Assembly (NCBI GenBank): GCA_964035545.1
Contig: OZ037765.1
Location: 11,418,698 to 11,482,697, forward strand
Reading direction: 5' to 3'
DNA: 64,000 nt
DNA from: Bugula neritina
Lineage: Eukaryota; Animalia; Bryozoa
Shown here: positions 12,742 through 26,600 of the stretch, piece by piece
Numbering within the stretch: position 1 is the first letter of the stretch
Layout: each line of letters begins with the position of its first letter
The notes under the pieces: model-generated
Databases searched by the model: none
What the model was told of the DNA's origin: nothing
The model's input: only the letters and a program-made list of their open reading frames with translations
Program-made: the position numbers and the translations under genes

Positions 12742-15700
12742 AATATCAGTTCATTAGCAATATTAATTGGTTAGTATAGTTCAGCCATATGCATAGATCT
12801 GATGCCACAGAATTAAATTTTTTGCTGAAATTTGGTATCTACCTATACTCTACCTTTCATTTTTGTATTAGTAACTATTTTTTATTATTTAACTCAACTA
12901 CAATGATTTAGAGTTGTCTTTCTTTTGAGAACACTGATGAGGGGAGAGAGTTTTTTTTAGAGGGCTAAGGACTTAATTTCTATTGTGACAAAAGAGCAAT
13001 TATGGCTGAATGTCCTTCCTAACATCATCAATAGCCTATGCTGGGATTTGAGCCACTGACCTGCTATCTTATTTAACTATTCCTATATAATATGTATAAT
13101 AAACTTCCCAAGTCTACATAAAAATACGGTTAGAAGTTACAAATGTTTTAAGGACAGTATTGTGTTATTAGTGAGTGTATTCTTTAACAAAGTACATGTT
13201 CTCTGATTTTCATACAAATGCAATTCAATGCTGAGGCTTTGTGGGTAGAAATGCCCATATTGCCTGCACACCTGGTGAACTTAGTCTGGTGAACCCTCAA
13301 GATTATTGGTGATGTAAGCAGTGGCATTTAGTTAACATAGAAACATTAGGAAGTCATATTACCAGCGTTGTGTGAGGTGAACAGTTTATAGCCTACTAAA
13401 AAAACTCTTGCTACAGGAATCCTCAGTATCTGGCTACACAATACAAATAAAAATACCCATAAAATAACATGTCGAGGTTACATGCACAGTCTATTAGTTT
13501 ATTATTAATACTGCAATAAAAACAGTTATTTGCAATTATTATTAGTGAAATGTATATTGATGTATATGTAGTATTTTACGTTAGTCTATATAAGTATAAA
13601 TATTTACTATGCTGGATATACTCCCTGCATATATACACTGTACAAGTATAAAATACATATTTACCATACTTAATATTGCAAAAACTATAGATGCTCGTGG
13701 AGCCTTTTCTCTCTTTGACAAGAAAGATGCTGGATACCTTCCCATTAAAGACCTAGGTCAAGTGTTTCGTAGCTGTGCCATGACAGTAGACTCCGAACAG
13801 CTGAGTGACTGGCTTGGTGAGATGGGAGTAGAAGGTGAGCTTTTATATGGAAGATCCTAGTTGATTAACTCATTTGGAAATAAGAAAAGTGAAATTAAAT
13901 ATTTGAAAAAGGATGTCTAAAGCTAATAAAAGTAGTAATAATTGACAACTAGCAATTTGGCTTCATTCATTTAGGGGACTTAGATTAAAGTTTAATTTTC
14001 TACAACAGGACTTCTAATTAGTGAGTAGACAACTTCTTATGATGCAATTGAAGATAGGCTCAGCTTGTTTTATAACAACTTTTTAATAAATTATATCTAC
14101 TGGGAAAGTAGTAAAGAAAATTTTTGGATTTCTTAAGCAAAACTCAGCTGCGAGGAGGGGGGTTTGAGATTTCAAACCCTTAATTTGCTTTATAGAATAC
14201 TAAATGCTGATTTGCTTCTGTGTAACAAAGCAGAAAATGAACTATAGTGTTCTGACATTATTTTCTTTAGTTACATCTATATATTCTATAGTAACTATAT
14301 ACTAGAGTTATACATTATGTGTATAAAATATTATACATTATGATTGAATTAGAAATACTATATGCCACAGTTTCTATCTGTTTTGTTACAGTAAACACAT
14401 TGTTGGCTAGTACTTTATAAGGGTTAAGTCATACTATATGCTACCAACTTACATTGATTCTATTGTCTAATACTAACAAATAGGAAACTATAGGAGCATT
14501 CAGCATTTCTTTGATTAATTAAACTTGTTTTTGACAATATCAAAAATATTGTGTAACTGTGGTTTGGTGTGAAAAAGAACTTGTAAATTTCATAATATTG
14601 ATTATAGTATTATAATGATTAAGATAGCATTTTAATCCTATATTGCTATTTTATGAACAACTTACAGGATTTATTTGTTACATAAATACAAAATCTACAA
14701 CTGCAATATAGTAAATTTCATGTTTTATCGCCTACATGTTTTTAAGAGCAGTTTATTTTTTATGTAACTTGATAAATGTAACTGCTTGTACATGATTACA
14801 ATATGTTGCTTATGGTAGATCAGTGTGACAAGAACACGTTTGTCAAGCTTTATGCTCTTCAAAAGAAGAAAGATGAGGATGAAAAGGAAATAAAAGAAGC
14901 CTTCAGAGTTTTAGATAAAGAAAAAACTGGTGAAATACCTGTAGCAGAGTTGAAGTGAGTTCATAAACTGCTTTTTACTGAAAGATATTATATCACATAT
15001 ATACTAAGCAACTTAATGATAACTATGTCAAGTATATATGTTACGCAACTCACTTTTTTAATGTTTTTTCTACAAACACGATTCCTGTACTCTAACAATA
15101 ACTTGGATTAATAAGAAATTGTTTGTTTACTTACTTCAACAAATTGTCCATTTACACAACTAGTAACTTTATATATAGTGTGTTGCAGTGTAGTCTGACT
15201 TATAACATTAGGGGCATGCAGTACTAAATATAGCTCAGGTAAGCAGGTACCTGGCTGCTCACTCTAGTTCTCTAGTAAGGAGGCTAATTAGCTAGGTGTA
15301 TAATACAACATATGGCTTATATGGCTACTGCATACCAGATGCTGACTCTGCAAAATATATACGACTTTCTATAGTAAATTATTATCCACTTTATCACTTT
15401 GGCTTAACTCTTTATTAATCTAAAATGAGACATTTTTACAACTAAGCAAAATATAGTTTAATTTAATAATAATAGACCCTTTTCAAATGTCCCTCTAGGG
15501 GCTTTTATAATTTGAAGTTGTCTCCTCCCACCCGGTATATGGGGGAGTCTATATGATATATAGAAAGTCATAAAATCAGGAGAAATTTAAGGTTTGTGTG
15601 AGGACTATTGCTAGCATGAGTTTTTTCTTTTCTGAGATAAATATTTTGGCCTAAGCATACATAATAGCAGTTCCAGAAAATTTTTAAAAATTTTCTTTCT

Positions 15701-18700
15701 TGACAAATCTTGAGAAAAATAAACTTCAAAGCATGTTTGTGGTTTTGGTTACTGAGCAAGTTGAAGTGGTAACTATGATACAAGTCTCATTAATTATTTG
15801 TTATACTGGCTGTCATGTTCAATTCATAGCTGTTGACCTTTCAACTTTTTGGTCAGAATCTGCTGTTAGCACAGTCTTAGAGCTCTGCTAGTGAATGAGA
15901 CAGCAGATTAGCTGTGAGCATTTTCAATTAATTATATACTTATGCACTTATGTTATGAGAATAGCTAAACTACCTACCTCAATACCCATCATTTTCAAGA
16001 AGCATTCTCACAAAACTATAGATAAACGATATATTATTAAATAGACTGGTTAAATTTGTATCATCAAACGAATATGAAATGTGGATTAATACATGTCGTT
16101 TAATTTTCTAGCAGGTTAAATGCATCTATTGCACTTGCAACAATTGTGCTCAAATAAATATATCTAGATAAACCCCGATAGCCTTTTAGCTGTTGGCATT
16201 CAGGTTTTTGTGTTACAGTTTTGTTATTTCTTAATATTATGCCTGTGGCTTGTAGTATAGGAACAGTAGTGAAGAAATTGAGATAGCCTAAGTTTTTTGA
16301 ATTTCTTTATAAATTTTGGTGTTGCACATAATATAACTTCTTTTGCTACATTTCTAATCTAGAACAAAGGCTTTTCTCAATTTCTCCATTACTGCACCTA
16401 CCCGTGTGTAGTAGTCATCTCTGTCAGCTGCAGTAGACTCAAGGTCCTAGTTAATGTAGGTGGTAGGTTAAAACATAGTTATATAATGAAATAGGTAAAA
16501 GGCCAACCTAAGCCAGCCATTACTGAACCTGAAAACCCAAGTTTCTCAACTCATCAAATTGCAACATAGGTAAACTGAATTATCTGAAAACCGCTTCTGA
16601 AAGAATTTCTGGTTGAAAAGTATGAAGCAAATTCTGATAAAGGAAGCAGTGAAAGTATGTTGAAAATATTGAGTTATTAACTTTTTGCTTGGGTTTTCAG
16701 TGAAACCATTTAATGTTATAGCTTCTCAACTTCTCATGCTCTAAATATCTACATCAGCTAGTCTTATTGAAACTTAGCTGTAGTTTTACAGCTGGCTTGG
16801 CTGATCCTGGGTCACAAAATGTTATGCATAATCGAGGATAAGTTCACCCCAAGTATAACATATCGATCAATTAGAACTTTCAAATAAAACTATTAGACCT
16901 GTTGTAAAACATGCAATAAAGATATAGGGCAGACAAAATATTTCAAGATGATATTGAATTAAAAGATGTCTGCCTCTTGTAAATACTTTAAATGAGCTTC
17001 TATTTTAAATATTCCTACAGAGTTTTGACTTTTTTTTCATTCATTTTTGTTCATGCCTACTTATATTATAGCCAGTATTTACACTGAATTTCGCAACATG
17101 TTGTCATGTCTGTGATATGCAATAAATCAATCAACTATATAAAATATGTTAAATAAATTTTTGCCTAAACTGAGCTTTGCTTCTCTTAGTAATATTTTTC
17201 TTTTAAAAAAGTTTTGGCTATAACATGAAACTATGTAAAGCATTGACGGTCCTTTGAACATAATGTAGTACAAACTCTTCAAAGTATAATTATGTGTACA
17301 TGCTATAACACAGCTAAGCAGGCATGTGAGTAATTACATGTAACTAGCAGTGAAACTGGACCACTGCAGAGTTGAAAGGTCAATTCAGCTATAAATTGCA
17401 TGGCCATAACAGACAGGACAACAAATGATAATTGAGACTTAATCATAGTTGCTATTTCTGCATTGCCCAGCAACGGAAACCACAAAAATGCGTTCAAGCA
17501 TATTTTAGGCAACATTTTTGCATGTTGGGAGGACACAACTCTTAATTTTAGCGGGACATTGGAGACCACTGAAAAGGGTCAAAATAGACCATTCTTACTT
17601 ACAATTATTGTCAATCCACTGCAATTTTATGGTTTGAATAAGTTTACAAAAATATTTATAACATTGTTAAAATGTAATGTTTATAGTGATCAAAAACGAT
17701 AAAAAAGTTAAGGCTGTATTTAAAAGCTGGCAACATCATTTTTTCTTCATGTTTCAAGCTCTTCATAATATTAGTTTGAAATTAATGTTTATATAGTACT
17801 TTGTAGAATTAACAAATATCTGTACGCTGTGTGAATACTTATTGTATGTATAGTGAAGGCGATTAGTATGTACACTGTCGGTATATGTCTATAGATGGAT
17901 TCTAAGAGCTCTTGGAGATGACACAACTGATGAGGAAATTGATGATATCATCACTGCCATTGACACAGATGGTAGCGGCACTGTTGACTATAATGGTTAG
18001 TTGGTATATTTTTCTACAAGTTACTCTCAACTGATAAACTTTATATCTTAATAAAGAAGTTGGGATGTTGGTGCCAACAACTGTTCTAGTCAACCGTAAA
18101 TGTTGAGAGTAAAGTCTTGCCAATAAACTGCTTTCTAATCATTTTGGATGTCTTTTGTTTAAAAACGCACTAGAAAAGGATGCTTGCCTAGTCAAGTGCT
18201 CATGATAGGCTGGAACTGTATTTTGAGTACATTATTGCTGTTTTACAACATGAGTTGTTTTTGTGAGCTTAAATGAATTATTCACTAAGGTACTTAATAT
18301 TTGTGGCGACTAGTCTGTCAAATTTATCAGCTTTGAAACAATATTCTGCCAAAATTATTATGTTATGTATAAGTGCTACATTTTAATATTCATAAATATG
18401 AACCATCTAGTTTTATATAACCCTTGAGATTTAAAAATTAGTATAAATTCTTTCAAGTGTTGCAATGTTAATTATAACCATAAAAACAAGCACTGCTAAT
18501 TTTTACACACCTACTTGCCTTACTTAGTAATTACCTCAAATATTATACTGTAGCTTTAGAGCAGCCATGTGGCCCAGGGGTTAAAGCGCTTGCTTAGTAA
18601 GCACAAGATTTTAGCTGTTAAATCCCCAACATAAAGTCATTGGTGATGTTAGGAAGGGCATTCAGTTATAATTGCTCCTTTGCTACAACCGTGAAAAAGT

Positions 18701-19242
18701 TCTTAGCCCCTCTTTAAAACAACCCTTTCCATCAAGAATTTTCACAAGAGTGGCGACTATAAACCCAGATGAGTGAGTGAGTGAGTGATTGATTGATTGA
18801 TTGATTGATTGATTATACTGTAGTTTTGAGGTCTGAATACCCTGCCACCTCAAAATTTAATAAGACTCATCTTGTAAAGTTTAATGCAACTAAAACAGTG
18901 ATTTTTTTAATGCCTAATTGCAAACTCCATGAGTTCAGTTCAAAATCTATTTTCATTAAGCAAATTGTAATTATGAGTTTTAAAAAAGTTGAACACGTTA
19001 AATTTGCTTTCTTCAGGCATTATACAGAAATACAATAACAAGTTGTTCTCCTTTTATTGTGCAGTCAAACAAAAATTCTCTTTTGCAGTAATTATAGCAT
19101 ACATCATTTTCCCCAATGCTAGCTAGTGTAGGTTTAGCTAAGCTAATCATTAGAAAATAATTTTTTAGCTCTTATAGTATATTGCCAGTCTTTGTAATGC
19201 TTTGCTTCTGTTTTAGAGTTTGCCAAAGTCATGAATGGATAG
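11439..19242 (+). CDS. TnC: Troponin C (mollusc/lophotrochozoan type; only EF-hand IV canonical), 6 coding exons, 150 aa
   Basis: Exons 11439-11441 (ATG only, typical of the calmodulin superfamily), 12196-12238, 13691-13834, 14819-14954, 17895-17995, 19217-19242; 453 nt. Protein MGEDEQPKLTKQQEDDARGAFSLFDKKDAGYLPIKDLGQVF...EIKEAFRVLDKEKTGEIPVAELKWILRALGDDTTDEEIDDIITAIDTDGSGTVDYNEFAKVMNG. The segments EAFRVLDKEK, WIL-LGD and DTDGSGTVDY match molluscan troponin C as recalled. Confidence 0.85.
12908..13062 (-). mobile_element. SINE copy, 5'-truncated and diverged
   Basis: Shares GGGCTAAGGAC, GAGCAATTATG and CCTTCCTAACATCA.CAAT with the copies at 22668 and 47786. Confidence 0.65.
16258..16400. 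mobile_element. ~150-bp MITE family A, copy 1
   Basis: TIR-like ends (TAGG..CAGTAGTG.AGAAATTGAGA / TCTCAATTTCTCCATTACTGCACCTA); interior matches 20091-20249, 49679-49828 and 50590-50713. Confidence 0.7.
18559..18812 (+). mobile_element. Near full-length SINE copy with (GAGT)n/(GATT)n tail and TSD
   Basis: GAGCAGCC..AGGGGTTA head; core ATTGGTGATGTTAGGAAGGGCATTCAG; microsatellite tail; flanking direct repeat ATTATACTGTAG(C/T)TTT. Confidence 0.8.
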
Positions 19243-20090
19243 ACTATTTGGTCCACGTCTAATTCTGTGAAGAAATTTGACGATAAAAATACAAATCGAA
19301 CAGATGGTTTAAAATTATGTTATATCAATTTAAAAAAATGATAAATTAGCTGTCAACGTATCATTTTAAATATGCATTTTGTGATACCCACTATTTTCTT
19401 ACCCCAAGTTTGTATTTTTCATTATGTTGTACCTCAAATAAATGCGTCTGCTTATTCGCTAGAAGCTCATTTTTATTTGATATCTCATGCATCTCAAAAT
19501 TGACTACTGAAGACAATGATGTTCCTAAGCTCCTATAAACTATGGAATAATCTACAAAAACAGCACAACATTTGTATGAACATGCGATTCTGGTATAATA
19601 CTTTTCCTGAAAATTTTATACCAATGAAAATAAAAGAAATTATCTCATCCAATCATAACATCTCCTGCGTTACATAAAAAGTCCCTCTAGCTGTGTTGCC
19701 AGCATATCTTGGGGTAAACAGTCTATAGCTCACTCAAAAGCCCTTACCAGGGCCAATCTATAGAATTGTGACTATAAATAGATGTGAGTTTCATTATTAC
19801 CATTGTTCGTTATTGTTGAGTGCTACCTACACAAAATTTGACAAACATGTTTATGACAATTTTAGATTTATGTTAAACTTATACTGCATTATGAAATAAA
19901 AAAGTGTTTCATAATTTAAAACAATAGATTATACATTCCTGTTTTTTGCATCACACATTCATGCATAATTATAATGTATGCTTTAGCCATGTTTCTATCC
20001 ACACACTCACTCTTCCATATAGTCATGTCTAGATTGCTAATGTAAGAAAATACATCTGATTTTTAAATGATAAATGAAGAACTTTAAGGC

Positions 20091-20249
20091 GGGTGCAGTA
20101 ATGGAGAAATTGAGAAAAACCTGTGTTTTAGACAAGGAAAGTAGTAATAGAAGTTATATTCTTACAACAATTTCAATCCGTGCCCCAAACCAAAATTTAT
20201 TAAGAACATTAAAAACTTAGGCTATTGAAGTTTCTCCACTACTGCACCT
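20091..20249. mobile_element. MITE family A, copy 2 (opposite orientation)
   Basis: GGTGCAGTAATGGAGAAATT ... AGTTTCTCCACTACTGCACC inverted termini. Confidence 0.72.
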
Positions 20250-20366
20250 GAACGAAAAATTTAGCAAGTACTTGATCAAGCAGCTGGTGCATAGATTGCT
20301 TCTCTCCTTTGCATACCGCTGCTGCATGCATAAGCAGTTATAATTGAACATACAGAATTGTCACCA

Positions 20367-20422
20367 GGGAGCAGCTATGGTCTAGACTCTGTAGGGGTTT
20401 CTCACAGGGACGGCTGAGTTTG
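20367..20422 (+). mobile_element. Minimal SINE copy (head fused to tail) with TSD
   Basis: GGGAGCAGCTATGGTCTAG head followed directly by GGGGTTTCTCACAGGGA..GAGT tail; flanked by TA(C/T)AGAATTGTCACC. Confidence 0.65.
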
Positions 20423-22667
20423 TATAGAATTGTCACCCAATGCTCATAGTAATAATACTACGACATTAATTTTTAAGTTCTAGTTGTAACTGAGACTCAA
20501 AAGCTTTTGGAAATATATATTTAAATTTGGTGGTGGCATTACCATATCGCATAGCTGTTATATAAGCCTGCATTGTAACTTTCAAAGCCAGTTACATTAT
20601 ACTCATGAATAGGTAACATAATTATATGGTTTGAGCTCTGTTATAATATACATCAGTAATAATAATTGCATGCACTCAAAATTCTAACAAACAAATAAAA
20701 TAAAATATTTTATATCCTAATTGTATATATTAGGTACCACTATACAGTTAGTGGTAATACATTGATCTAGTGGCCAGTGTATATATGCATAAATTTTGCA
20801 ATAATGTAAATAATGTAAATACATATGCTCCCTTAAACTTGTACATTTATATATTATGACTACATTTTTCCAATTTTTAAGATATAGGTACATAGTATAC
20901 CACATTATGAAGCTTTTCATCTCGTGCATTTTGTCAACAGGCATTTACAAATCCAACAGTGATTAAATAATTGAATAATAATATAATTCAAAAAGATTAT
21001 TACATAGCCTTATTTTAATATTGCTCACAGTTTTTGTTTGATAAAGAAGTATTTCACTAGCAAAGCATAGTTCTAAAATAGTTATTATTTATTTGAAATA
21101 GTGCTCTCCTGTAAACATAGTAAGATAACTGCAATATTGTATGGTTATGCTAATTAAAATAACTTTGACTGCATTAACATCCACAAGATTTTTGATACTA
21201 AACAGCAAACATGTTCATGACCTTGGGAGTTCGAAGGGACAGTCACTACAAAAAGTTTGAATCTTGTTTGAAGATTCCATCTTTTTTACACTAAAAAGTC
21301 AAAAGTAATACTCGTTAGACTCCAGCTGCATTTTCAATGACGTATGAAATGTAACGTGATACTATAAGAAGTTGAAACAGAGGGCAAGTTGAATGCCTTT
21401 CATCAGTTATACAGTAATATTTAATGGGAAAAAACTGCTGGTAAAATATATGTGTGAAAAGCTTGTGCAGTCAAGTTATGTTCCCAAACAGACAAAAGGG
21501 TTTGTTAAAAATTCTTGTTTGAAATATATTAATCTTCAAATCCTTCATTTCTTTACTACCCAACACTAGCCAATCTCAATAACTCAACAAGCTCTTTATA
21601 AAATACCACATTCACCTACAAAGGATAGCACTATTTTTATTTCTGTTTTAGAAGTCATGAAGTTGTCCCCTATTATTGATCATGCATGCATGTGTGTTTT
21701 TTGTCACTAATCTGCTCCAGAATGAGATTATATCCTATGTACATATGTTTTACTGAACTTTGCTTAGTGATTTGGTAGCTGACAAGTGTTTTGACACTAC
21801 ATGACACATGCTAGTGTGAAACTGTTGCACATAATCATAGGATAAATCTTCCAACTTTGTTTTGTGAAGTTCAACTACTAGCTGACTAACAAAATTACAA
21901 ATAATTATATTGCAAATCAGCATTTCTGTACAAGTTGTCTAAAGCAGCTTTCAATTATAATATAAACATAGATCACAATGACATTTGTGTTGACTTGAAT
22001 AATGAAAACAAGATTTTGGTAGAATATAATAATAGATTGAGCTATTGCATCATCTTATACTTTGGCCAGGGCTATTGGCTAGTTGTATATCATAAAGATA
22101 GTGTATAATGAGATGTTTTATAATAATATTTGTTTATCGGTTATTGAGAAGCCTTATACAGCCAGGCAAAACATTTACAGAAATTATACTTTACTTTAGC
22201 TGATGGAGCGCATGGCTTCTAATCTTTGTCCTCCCATTCTTACAACATAATATCATCAAATAACTTAACCTCTTCCTGGGTTTCTTCAAAGTATATTATT
22301 CCATGTCCTTGGTCAAAGCTATGGTTGAGCTAAAACATGTACCAGTACAAAAGATGTTATTTATAAGAGTGCTTCATCACCATAATAATATGTTACTATG
22401 CAGTAACCCTGAATAGCAAGGGGGCAGAGTCAAACACCCTAGTGAGAAGTGTTGGTATTTGTTTGTTATTCAAAGCTATTTTTATTTTATACAAACTGCC
22501 TGCTATGAAGAACCCTTCAGTTGCGAAGTCAAGTGCTTACTTATATTCTGTTTCTAAATATAGTTCATATGTATATAACTATTGACTTAACATTACATTG
22601 TTCAGTAAATATAAACAGTCAATCACTCAGTAATTATAGATCTAGAAAGGAATAACAAAGCTCACCG

Positions 22668-22847
22668 AAGTTTATGGTCACTATCCCTTTGAGGACCCCT
22701 GATGGAAAAGGGTTTTTAAGGGGGCTAAGGACTCAGTCATAGTGTCACCGGAGCAACTATGACTGGATGCCCTTCCTAACATCACTAATGGTCTTTACCG
22801 CAGATTGAACCAAGCCAGTGCTCTAACCCCTAGACCCGGCTGCTCCC
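22668..22847 (-). mobile_element. SINE copy
   Basis: Ends in CTAACCCCTAGACCCGGCTGCTCCC (reverse complement of the head); core GACTGGATGCCCTTCCTAACATCACTAATGG. Confidence 0.78.
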
Positions 22848-23394
22848 TTTATCTGGAAATGAAGAACATAGGTGTAAAATGTTGTAGTTTGCACACACAT
22901 AGTTTTGGTAAAGATTTATTTGCTTGTATTATCTTTAAAACTTTTCACAAGTTAGACACTGTAGCCTCAACAGTCTATGCAACGCATCTCATAATATTAT
23001 CTGGATACTATGACCTTGACACTAAAAGTGTGAATGGTGCTTGAGATAGAAGATTATATAATCATCATTCATATAAACAACTAATTGGTTGTTAGCTGCT
23101 CTCTTTTACAATGCTAAATGTGCATAACAACTTTTCCACTCTCTTTCCCTTATTTAATTAATTAGGGATAAAATTTTGTGATGAGTTTATGACGTATTCC
23201 TTAATGAGTTTATTGTATAATGACGGAGTTGTCAAATGCCTAATGCTAATTTGCTATCCTTTATGTAATTGAACACGTTTATGTTTTAAGCTATAACACA
23301 GCCCTCACCAAATAACATCTTGTTTTTCTATTTTGTAAAATAGTGCTGGAAGGTGTAGGTAGTTTTATTTACATTTTAATCAACTTGATTAGCA

Positions 23395-23520
23395 ATATCA
23401 TTGGATAGGCAATCCGCATGGAATTTGTTACAAAACTGGCCGCATGTCAAAACAAACGCATTTGATTGGCTGAGAGCTCGGCATATTCACAAACGCTTTC
23501 ACGATAATTATTATTGACCG
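23395..23520 (+). promoter_or_regulatory. Likely tolloid promoter region with two inverted CCAAT boxes
   Basis: ATTGG at ~23400 and GATTGGCTG at ~23464 in a locally GC/CpG-richer patch 110-240 nt before ATG 23631. Confidence 0.35.
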
Positions 23521-23630
23521 TTATCACTGCAAGGTAGAGAAGTGTAGAGTGCAGGGCAACTGCTCTACTCTCTTTTAGTCTACTTGTTTCATTTTCCCAT
23601 CAACTGAAGGTTATCCAACAGCTATCAGAT

Positions 23631-26600
23631 ATGGTGAAGATACTTTACTGCTCATGGCTAGCCATAGTTACTCTAATCACATCTGCTTACACACAGGATC
23701 CCTGTAAAGCACGTAAGTTCTGCGTCTGTTATGCCTATCATTGAATACTCAATGCAATATGACATTCAGAATATGACTATTAACCTTTATGATACAAACT
23801 ACACCAGTTGTTGCTATTGTAACGAATGCAGCCTGTATTGATATTCATGTTATTGTGGTGTAGTAGTTATGCTAAGAGGAAACCTCAACCTATATTTAGA
23901 TACCTTATTTTTCATCCTTTGAGTTTGTAAGGAGGTTTATGCTTTAATTAGGGTTTTTAGCAGAGCCCCCCCCCCCCCCTGTTACAGCTACAATATCTGC
24001 TAATAGATCCCGATATCATAATTTCACCATCTTTAAGTTGCTTATCTTTTCTACATTCAGGTTATAGGAATCTAATCAGGTGTTTGAGCATATACATAAT
24101 AACATTGCAGTTAGTTAATAAATTCTGAAGATAATAGCATATATAGCAACACTTTCTACTGAGATAGGGCTACTAGCATGGCTAAAAAATGCTATGAATA
24201 GAAAGATAAAGCCTGTAGCCATAGGTTATCACCATTTCTAACTGTCAAAAGTAGTGAGTTGTTGATGTCAATTATTGTTGAGTTGTTTTAACCACATATT
24301 AAGTGAAATAGTTACCACACCACCTGGCTTCTATCTATAAGTTTCAAAGAAATCTGTTTTTCTCTCTCTAGTTGAATACATAGAAGTAGCCAAGTATAAG
24401 TTTAAATCAACCAATTAAAAATCCAACGACACATTTTTCAAGAATTTAACCCAATGCTTTGCAAGTAACAATACTAGAAGGTCAATAGGCTGCTCGCACA
24501 TCTGTTTAGATCTAACCCCTCATTCACACTTGCTGTAACAGCAAACATCAGCGATTTTTAATGTGTCCGGGTTGACGTTTTCAAATTCCGCTATTAGGTA
24601 CGATATATGACACTTTATTGGACAATTATATCCAATGAGTTGACGCAAAAGTTTTTCTGTCCAATAGGAGCCCGCCACAACTTCTTTGACCCGAGCAGTG
24701 CTCGATCCTAACGTACCGCAACGCCCTACAGGAAGCGCAGACATTTGTAAAAATGGCTGATATTCGCTGTTACGGCGTATGGTACGGCGTACGTGTAAAT
24801 GAGGGGAAAGTCTTCACCTGCCCGTAGTATTAGCCTTGTTCTTCTGTGTTGCACTCATCTCGTATTATAAATCATGCATATATGTCATAGGTATATACAA
24901 ACACGCCAAATGCTAGTAATTTGCTATTAGAAAGTTTAGGTAATACTAATTGCAAATTAAGCAACATTTGATTTTAAATCCATAATCAATGCAGTTTGAG
25001 ATTCCATTCAGTTGCTTGTCTATTCTTTAGGTTATGGCTACGTCTATAGTGTGTAGTGTAGTATTGTAGAGAATCTGTGCAGATTTTATACCTTTTCTCC
25101 ACAGCATCTGTATGGTGTGTGGTGTTACAGTAAGACACATTACACCATCTAAATTGATGCAGCAACCTAAACAAAAAGTTTTAGACACCTCAAAAATTGC
25201 TTTGTGGAGATGTCACAATGAAATTTTGGGTTTATTTTTAACAAAAGAGTTTCCAAAGCGAAGCATTCTCTCAGTTTATAGCATGAAAACTGGTGAGGCA
25301 TGTGCATTAAGGTAGCTGTTTAAAAGAAAGTTTAATAAAGAAGTTACTTTCTGGACGAAATATGATTATTTAGTGGGATGAGATACATTGGCATTTGTGG
25401 TTTAGTTATTGTTTATGTATAACAAAGGAAAGAACGGTTAAGCGTATAAGCTTCACACCTGATCCACTGAAATAACTTCACATTTTATTGTTTACTATCA
25501 ATTATAAGCAAATTTTGGAAAGTTTATAATAATAGCATGCTTAACCTTTCATATGATAATAATGTATCATTGCAATAAAACAAAAGCTGATTAGTCCATG
25601 TTTGGCCCCTGACAGCTTCTAAAGGGTCCCTTGTTTAGCTTTGTGTATTACCAATACAAATTATGGCCCTTTACCGTTGAGTCAATATGACAGACTGTGC
25701 CTGCAGGCGAATATGTCTGTATACCTGGTTTAGTTAGCAGCAAGTCAAAAGGGTTACGCTATCCAAATACAAACAATGATAAATCGGAGTACACTTTATT
25801 GCTTGTTATATAAAATTCCTTGGACTCACTCAAATGTGAAAATATTCAACGTTAACAATAGTTAACAGTTAGCTTTTCAGGGGCTGCAGCTGCTTAAACT
25901 TTGACGACTGTATACCACAATGGAGTTGCAGAACAAAAATTTCTTTATAATTTCTAATATTGAATTCTGATAATATCTACTCAAAATTTGAAAATATCTG
26001 CACTAATGTTAATGTCTGGCAACAACATTTTTAGTGGCAATAACAACTTTGGTGGTAATTTTTATTCAATATAACATAGCCTAAATTGTTTTACATTTAA
26101 TTATGTACATATTGAATTTCAAAAAAACATTCCTCCTTAATTACAAACAATTTGTTGAAAGTTTCATTAATAATTTATTAAACATATTTTAATGTTTATG
26201 ATATTGTAAAGTTTTCAATTCATAATAATTACCAGGTATAAATTTATTGTAGGTGGGTCTATGGGAGATATAGCTTTAACTGAAGATGATTACAACATCA
26301 GAATAGCTCAAGCTGTATCAATAGTAGAAAACCTAGATTACGCTGCAGATTTAGTCCAACGTAATCAAACTTTATCAAAAGTTCAAAAAGTAGATGAATT
26401 AGATATGCTTAGAAAGTTAAAACACAAATTAACGAAAGGTAATGAAGACATACGCCAAGAATTGCACAGAAGAAGAAGAGAAAGAAGGAAACAGAAGTGA
26501 GTTGCTTAAAGAATATCATAAAGTATCACAATCTTAAAAGATTCTTAAGTAAACAATGCTTATTAAATTAGCCGTACAGCCTGCACTATGACATCCTGTC

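Noticed and set aside
25605-25884. Possible MITE with ~14-bp inverted ends (GCCCCTGACAGCT / AGCTTTTCAGGGGC)
   Set aside because: Short imperfect match, no TSD and no second copy in the window.
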